Origin: Octopus sinensis
Lineage: Eukaryota
Reading direction: 5' to 3'
DNA: 64,000 nucleotides
NCBI RefSeq assembly: GCF_006345805.1
Contig: NC_042997.1
Span: 148,242,001-148,306,000, forward strand
Within the stretch, counting starts at the first letter, position 1, and every line of letters starts with the position of its first letter. The translations under genes and the position numbers were made by a program. This document shows, in pieces, positions 54,055-64,000 of the stretch. Under the pieces are notes generated by a model, which worked only from the letters and a program-made list of their open reading frames with translations, ran no database searches and was not told the origin of the DNA.

Positions 54055-54107
54055 CATTATTATTATTATTATTATTATTATTGTTGCTGTTTTTGTTGTT
54101 GTTATTA

Positions 54108-54345
54108 TTCAGTAGTCTTATTTTTACCACGTGCTTTAACTGCACTACCATGCGCTGCTCAATGAGCCTTGGGTATGTGCTGTGGTTTGTTGTGATGCTC
54201 TTCCTGTTACCGTATTGAATATAATTTACGTAGGATGTGCGCGGTGTCCAGTAGTATTATTTTCTGTATGTTATATGTATTTGTTATTCCTGGCATTTTT
54301 TTATGTATTTGTCTGAATATTTTTTATCATACCTAAACAATGCAC
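54108..54345 (-). mobile_element. Element B: diverged 3'-end fragment of the R4/Dong family
   Basis: Colinear with the A 3'UTR and C-terminus, with many substitutions; flanked by (TAA)n. Confidence 0.8.
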
Positions 54346-54426
54346 ATGATAAAAATTCCAATCAATTATGATTAGAAGCCAGGTGAGCCACTGTCTGGTA
54401 CTGCATCGGGGCATTTATTATTATTA

Positions 54427-54516
<90 letters not shown>

Positions 54517-54546
54517 CCACCATCATCATCATCATCATCATCATCA

Positions 54547-54593
<47 letters not shown>

Positions 54594-54598
<5 letters not shown>

Positions 54599-55977
54599 TA
54601 GTTTTATTTTTATAGCGTGCTTTCACTTCACTACCGAGCGCAGCTCTGTGTGCCTTGGGTATGTGTTGTGATTTGTTACGATGCTCTGATGGTTATTGTA
54701 TGGAAAGTGTTCTGTGTAGGATGTGTGCAGTGCATAGTAGTGCAATTTTCTGTATGTTATATGTGTTTGTAAGTCCTGGTGTTTTTGTTATGTATTTGTC
54801 TGAATATTTTTTTATCATGCCTAATGCACCCACTATGATAGGAATTGTTTCTGTTTTCAGATTCCACATTCTGGTTACCTCTATTTCCAGGTCTTTGTAT
54901 TTTGAGAGTTTCTCCATTTCTTTTAGAGACACATTGTCATCTGCCGGTATTGATACATCAATTAGAAATCATTTTTTTTCTTCATGATCTCTGACAACTA
55001 TATCTGGTCTGTTGGCCTTAATTTCTCTATCTGTGTGTATCGGCATATCCCAGAGTATGGTTGCTTTCTCGTTTTCTGTGACCTTTTCTGTTGTGTGCCT
55101 ATACCATCTTTTTTCTGTTGTTATTCCATAATGTTGGCACAGCTTCCAATGTATGTAGGTTCCAACTCTGTCATGTCTGTGAATATATTCCTTCTTAGCC
55201 AGGACTGGGCAGCTAGAGATAATATGATTTATTGTTTCTTGTCCGTCCCACATATTCTGCAGTTACTTGTAATATTTCTTTTCATTACATGTTTTTGGTA
55301 ATTTCTGGTGGGGAGGCTTTGGTCTTGTGCTGCAATTAAAAATCCCTCTGTTTCTGCTTTGAGTCCTGAGCTTCTCAACCATTGCTGGGATTTTTCTTTG
55401 TCTATTTCTTTTGCGTTTAGTTTAGTCCAGTATTTACCATGAAGGGGCTTTTCTTGCCATCGTTTTATCATGGTTCGTTGCTGTTCTATTTTTAGTTTGG
55501 ATTTCATTTGTTTTATAGCTTTTGTTGTTTCTTCTTCTTCTTCTTCTTCTTCTTCTTCTTCTTCTTCTTCTTCTTCTTCTTCTTCTTCTTCTTCTTCTTC
55601 TTCTTCTTCTTCTTCTTCTTCTTCTTCTTCTTCTTCTTCTTCTTCTTGTTCTTCTTGTTCTTCTTGTTCTTCTTGTTCTTCTTGTTCTTCTTGTTCTTCT
55701 TGTTCTTCTTCTTGTTCTTGTTCTTGTTCTTGTTCTTGTTCTTGTTCTTCTTCTTGTTCTTCTTCTTCTTTTTCTTCTTCTTCTTCTTCTTCTTCTTCTT
55801 CTTCTTCTTCTTCTTCTTCTTCTTCATATTTATTAGGTGGTATGATTTCTTGTTTGTCAGCTTCCTTAATTACTGAGAACAGTTTTTTTCGCTCGTGTTT
55901 TGCCGCTATTTGTATCAGTTTTCCTTCCTTCTGAAGTAGATATTTTTATAGTCCTATGGTGGTTATTTTATAGTAGT
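54594..55977 (-). mobile_element. Element C: 5'-truncated copy of the A subfamily with an in-frame (GAA/CAA)n expansion at 55529-55825
   Basis: Near-identical to A 49996-51108 apart from the expanded repeat and small indels. Confidence 0.92.
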
Positions 55978-56690
55978 TGGTCATTTTTTGCAAAGAGCTT
56001 TAAATCATCCATATAAATGATTTATCAAACATTTTATATCCGTACTGAGCGTCAATGAGCAATTTTGAGAGAGGTATTAAGGCTAAACAAAAGAGGAGTG
56101 GTGATAGTGAGTCACCCTGGAAAATGCCACATGAAATTGTTACATCACCAGCCTTTAGAGATTCATTGTCACTGTTCAAATTTAGTGTGGTTCTCCATGA
56201 TATCATACTTACAGACAAAAAGTTTCGCAGAGTAGGTGCTATTTTATACATTTCCAGGCATTTCTTAATCTAGCTATGTGGTAGGCTATCAAAAGCCTTT
56301 TTATAGTCTATCCAGGCTACTGATAAATTTTTGTGTCGTTTGTGACAATCTTCTAAGATCATCTTATTGATGAGTAGTTGATCTTTACAACCATAGGATC
56401 CACGTTTACATCCTTTCTGTTCATTAGGGAATATGCTGCTGTTTCTTCACTTTTTGGAAGCAGGAATGTTAACCCATTAACTAGCCAAGGAGGCATCCTA
56501 CTAGGGTGTTGCAAAACATCATTGTAAAGTTCTGTTAGCAGTTCATGGCTCTCTGGGAAGGCATTCAACCAGAAGTTGGGAATTTTATCCTTTCCTGGAA
56601 ACTTCCATTTGCTTGACCTCCTGAGAGCAGATCTTATATCTTCTACCTTGACACCATCCCACTTTTGCTCTTCTAAGAAATCCAGTTCTA
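55978..56690 (-). mobile_element. Element E: RT-domain fragment of a different R4/Dong subfamily, fused directly to C
   Basis: [42 protein letters not shown]; nucleotide sequence clearly diverged from A. Confidence 0.82.
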
Positions 56691-56695
56691 TATTA

Positions 56696-56766
<71 letters not shown>

Positions 56767-56771
<5 letters not shown>

Positions 56772-56953
56772 TAGTTTTATTTTTATAGCGTGCTTTCACT
56801 TCACTACCGAGCGCAGCTCTGTGTGCCTTGGGTATGTGCTGTGATTTGTTGTGATGCTCTGATGGTTATTGTATGGAAAGTTTTCTGCGTAGGATGTGTG
56901 CAGTGCCTAGTAGTGCAATTTTCTACTAGGCACTGCACACATCCTACGCAGAA
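56767..56953 (-). mobile_element. Element F: ~160-bp 3' stub ending in a 31-bp fold-back palindrome
   Basis: 56883-56913 and 56923-56953 are perfect reverse complements with a 9-nt loop. Confidence 0.9.
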
Positions 56954-56977
56954 TTATTTTTATTATTATTATTATTA

Positions 56978-59790
<2,813 letters not shown>

Positions 59791-59805
59791 TATTATTATT
59801 ATTCA

Positions 59806-59863
<58 letters not shown>

Positions 59864-59875
59864 TACTATTATTCA

Positions 59876-60143
59876 GGTGAAGGTGCATGGCTCAGTGTTT
59901 AGAGCGTCGAGCTTACGATCGCGAGGTTGTGAGTTCGAATTCCGGACCGGGCGGCGTGTTGTGTTCTTGAGCAAGACACTTTATTTCAAGTTGCTCCAGT
60001 TAACTCAGCTGTAGAAATGAGTTGTGACGTCACAGGTGCCAAGCTGTATCACGGTGGCGTTCAGAGGAGAGGCCGGACTTGTGCTTGGGAGAGTAACTTT
60101 CTAGGTGCAATCCCATGGTCGGTCATGACCGAAGGGGATCTCA
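59876..60143 (+). mobile_element. tRNA-derived SINE with MIR/CORE-like block
   Basis: A box tggctcagtgtttag, B box gagttcgaattcc, ttcttgagcaagacacttta. Confidence 0.85.
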
Positions 60144-60186
60144 GCATTATTCATGTTACTGTCTGGAATCGATCTTGGGATCTTGA

Positions 60187-60228
60187 CACCTGATGAAGGC
60201 TGGAGGGTATATCAGCCGAAACGTTGTG
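60187..60228 (+). ncRNA. Loopless minimal hammerhead-like motif (family 4) in a probable Penelope-like terminal fragment (~60170-60318)
   Basis: CAC-CUGAUGA-A-GGCUG-(10 nt)-CAGCC-GAAA-CG-U-U|GUG. Stem III is reduced to the palindrome AACGUU; stem I is only 3 bp. Confidence 0.55.
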
Positions 60229-61019
60229 ATAACAACAAACAAGATGAGGACAAAATCCGTCAAATGTAAATAATGTAACTAATGTACATAATTCCTCATC
60301 TCTTAAATATAGAACTGAAAATATTTATATTTTCTTTTACATATCAAAATAAATAAATATTTAAATTTAGTCATGTGAACCTAAAGCAAATTATTCTAAC
60401 AAACGTAAAATGCATTAAAATTGACCGATACATTTAAATCAGTTTTACATTTCCGATCTTATCAGAAAAATCGAACTCTGAATATTTCATTTCAAAATAG
60501 TATTTCAGAAAAAAAAAAAACGATTATACATATTGAGTTTGAATATATGACATATACTATAAAATAATTCATATATTATATGCAATATCTAATCAAAGTA
60601 ACAGCCTCGTAAAATTAGTCCAACTTCGATAATTGAACAACAATTGTAAAAATCAAACTCAGAATGACATACCAACACATGTACATCACCAACACTATAC
60701 TAGCTTCAGTCGCATTTTTTCTGCCCACAGTTCTTTTTACGACGGCAGATGTCATATATAATTTCTAGTGACTGAAATGATATGCGTTAACAAATAAAAC
60801 TAGAAAGAAATGAGAGGACACTACATTTACTATTCGATTGACTAGCATATCACATTAATATCAAAAAGTCTGCATATTATTTATCGTTACTGATTGAGTC
60901 GAACGAAACGAAAACGAAAGAGAACATATGAACATAATACAAAAGAAATACGTAAGAAAAATATAAAAAGAAAATCATTTCAATCATCCATATGTACATA
61001 AATACAAATATAGTGCATG

Positions 61020-61324
<305 letters not shown>

Positions 61325-63156
61325 GTGTGTGTGAAGAATGTTTGCGTGAGAGTGACGGGAGAGACAGCAGCGGCTTTCCATGCGTGAATGTGGAAGATTT
61401 TATATGTCATCGACGTAGCTTGTAAAAAGAGAATAGGAACAGCAGGCATAGATCGTTCGGCCTCCCAAGCATTCTTGCATGTTATGGCAAGCAGATATGC
61501 AGATATGACTGGTTAGAACCCTAGTGCTGTGTGGACGTTTGTTTGTAGTTGTGTTGTTTGAAAAATTCTGTGCGTTTTAATAGAAATGAAGGTAAATGGT
61601 TCGTAGATGTTTGAGGTGTGAAATGGTAGCAGTGGAGTTTAGAAGAGAAAGTGTAGTCTCTTATACTATCAACAGCTGCAAAGAGCCAGTTTAGAAGTGT
61701 ACAGAAAAACTATATGAGACAGACAGCATACCTAGACTCCTTCCATTTATCCGGGTGAAATATATAGAATCACTGAAGGATTTTATCCGAACTTTCAACA
61801 GTGGCAGGAAGTGGGATAGAAGTCTTTTAAGGATCCTAACGATGAACCAGGAAACGTTTAGCAATTTTCTTCATGCTACAAAAACTTGGGTGTTATTTTT
61901 AGTGTTATATCTAGGTTCACAAGTCTTGGTAGAAATGGTAGCATGATAAAAGAGTAAACACTTGCTAAGACGTGAGGTGGTGTTCTTTGAGTTTACAAAG
62001 GTATTTTCTGAAGTGGCATAATTTAATCCACCTACTTACCTATGTACCCCCGTTTTAAGTGAACCAGGATTTGAAAGATGGCACAGAGCGCTGCTCCAAA
62101 AACGGAGAGATCAGTGGCCGAAATCATGTTTCTCACAATACATTTGATAGCCATGGTTCACTGAATGCATTTCGTGTAACAATTTTCTTAATTTTCTTTC
62201 TTTTAGATTTGCATTGAAGAGTTAAAAAAACTAGGTTTGGAGACGTCTTACATTACATAGTGACTTTGAGAACAATAAGAAACGGTTCAAAGTTCAAGCC
62301 CGAAATGACATTTTCGTTTTAAAAAGATATGAGGTGATATCGTGGTGTCATTTTATCTTCCGCTGAGTCAACTGAAGCAAACATTTCAGTGGGTAAATAT
62401 TTCCGAAATATAACTAGATTCGAATTCTTCAAAGATATTTGGTGAATATTCAGTGATTTTTTTTCCCGTGTACGAGTAAGTTAAGAAATCTAAGAAATGT
62501 TTAGGGGTTGGAGATATGAGACACGGTCAAGTACGAGAATTTCTCTGATTTTAGACGCGATAAATTACTGTTATATTAACGTGGGATAGCATTAACAGAG
62601 AAAAAGCAAAACGGGATATTGCTGCAAAAAACACCCTCATCTAATTATATGTTTATATAGCTACTTGTCAATATGTACATGTTTCTATGTGTGCTTGTGT
62701 CTGTGTGCGCGCGCACGCATGAGATTGATGCTGCATGTGTATTCGGATGTTATAAATATTACGAAATAATTCATGATTATAGATTGAAAGAGAGAAATAC
62801 ATCATTCGCAAAACACAGCAATGGCGGTTGATACGTATTCGTAGGGAAACAATGATATCATTAGCTGGCGGCGTATGTTTTGTTTTCTCAAATGTTTCGT
62901 TGTTCAATATAAATCTATTGGCATTTACTTTTCACAGAAATATATTTCAACAAATATAATATTGACATTAGTAATATCCAGTTCCCCATATTGACAAAAT
63001 GATAAAATCATGAAAATAATAATGACTGATTCATAAATAAATGTGTTTCTGAAGATATTGTGTACAATTACAATTTCCTTAGGTTTTCATTTCGACGAAG
63101 CAGAAATACCACCATGCAGATTCATACATACATACATACATACATACATACATACA

Positions 63157-63227
<71 letters not shown>

Positions 63228-63256
63228 GTATATATATATACATATATATACACATG

Positions 63257-63323
<67 letters not shown>

Positions 63324-63561
63324 AAAAGAGAGAAGTTTTCTATGTATATACACATATTTACACATATACACACATAATACACATACACACCTATACACAC
63401 ATACGCACACCCACACACACATAGAATGTGTAGTAGATTTGAATGTATGTGTATGTGTGTGTGTATATATATAAAGTTTACATATGCATACATGTTTACT
63501 TGCACTCATTCATAGCTACATGCATACATACATGTATACAAATAAAGGAATATATATATAA

Positions 63562-63687
<126 letters not shown>

Positions 63688-64000
63688 TACATAAATATAG
63701 ATATATCGACTCTAACATATAGATATGATTGTTTGTGTAGTTAAGCACATGAACGCTAATGTTTTCAGAAGTTTAAGCGGATAAATATGTTAACAGATAT
63801 ATACGATTATCATAACCTATAGTCGCATTATATAAAATGAAAAGGAATCAAAATCTACAAATTATGTAAAGAAGTTAAGATAAGCATAACAGGATAAAGG
63901 ATAAACAATCAACTATGTAGAATTTGTTTTTCTTTTTTTATCTGTAACGTCAGTATTAATCCGAAAAGATGCTTATGTACATCAGTGATAAAATACGGAA

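Noticed and set aside
54346-54416. ~70-bp unrelated segment between element B and the next (TAT)n tract
   Set aside because: Probably the 3' tip of another repeat family, but too short to classify from sequence alone.

Overview
AT-rich, microsatellite-saturated metazoan genomic DNA with no recognisable host protein-coding gene. The repeat landscape (abundant (TA)n/(CA)n/(TAA)n, several tRNA-derived SINE families, R4/Dong LINEs) looks like an octopod cephalopod; this taxon call is inference. Most ORF-track entries are microsatellite translations or antisense shadows of retroelements. The main finding is a 2.6-kb ribozyme hub at 13707-16352. A 353-bp tandem array (about 4.8 units, flanked on both sides by (TA)n) carries a complete type I hammerhead ribozyme fold in every unit (CUGACGA / stem II / GAAAC-UCGA-GUC). 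This is the architecture of a non-LTR retrozyme predicted to release 353-nt monomers or circles. A sixth, inverted copy with a fold-back arm follows. Between them lie two further, sequence-unrelated minimal hammerhead motifs of the Penelope-like type; another such motif is at 60187. The second major structure is an 11-kb pile-up (48524-59790) of co-oriented R4/Dong-type RLE non-LTR retrotransposons inserted in (TAA)n tracts. It includes one nearly intact ~1214-aa RT-RLE ORF, an in-frame ~99-codon poly-Glu expansion and a snap-back 5' junction. Also present: a decayed Gypsy LTR retrotransposon split by a young SINE with a TSD, a 5S rRNA retrocopy with a 14-bp TSD, an ORF1-like zinc-knuckle element abutting (TTC)n, RTE and mariner remnants, and a templated inverted duplication inside a minisatellite.
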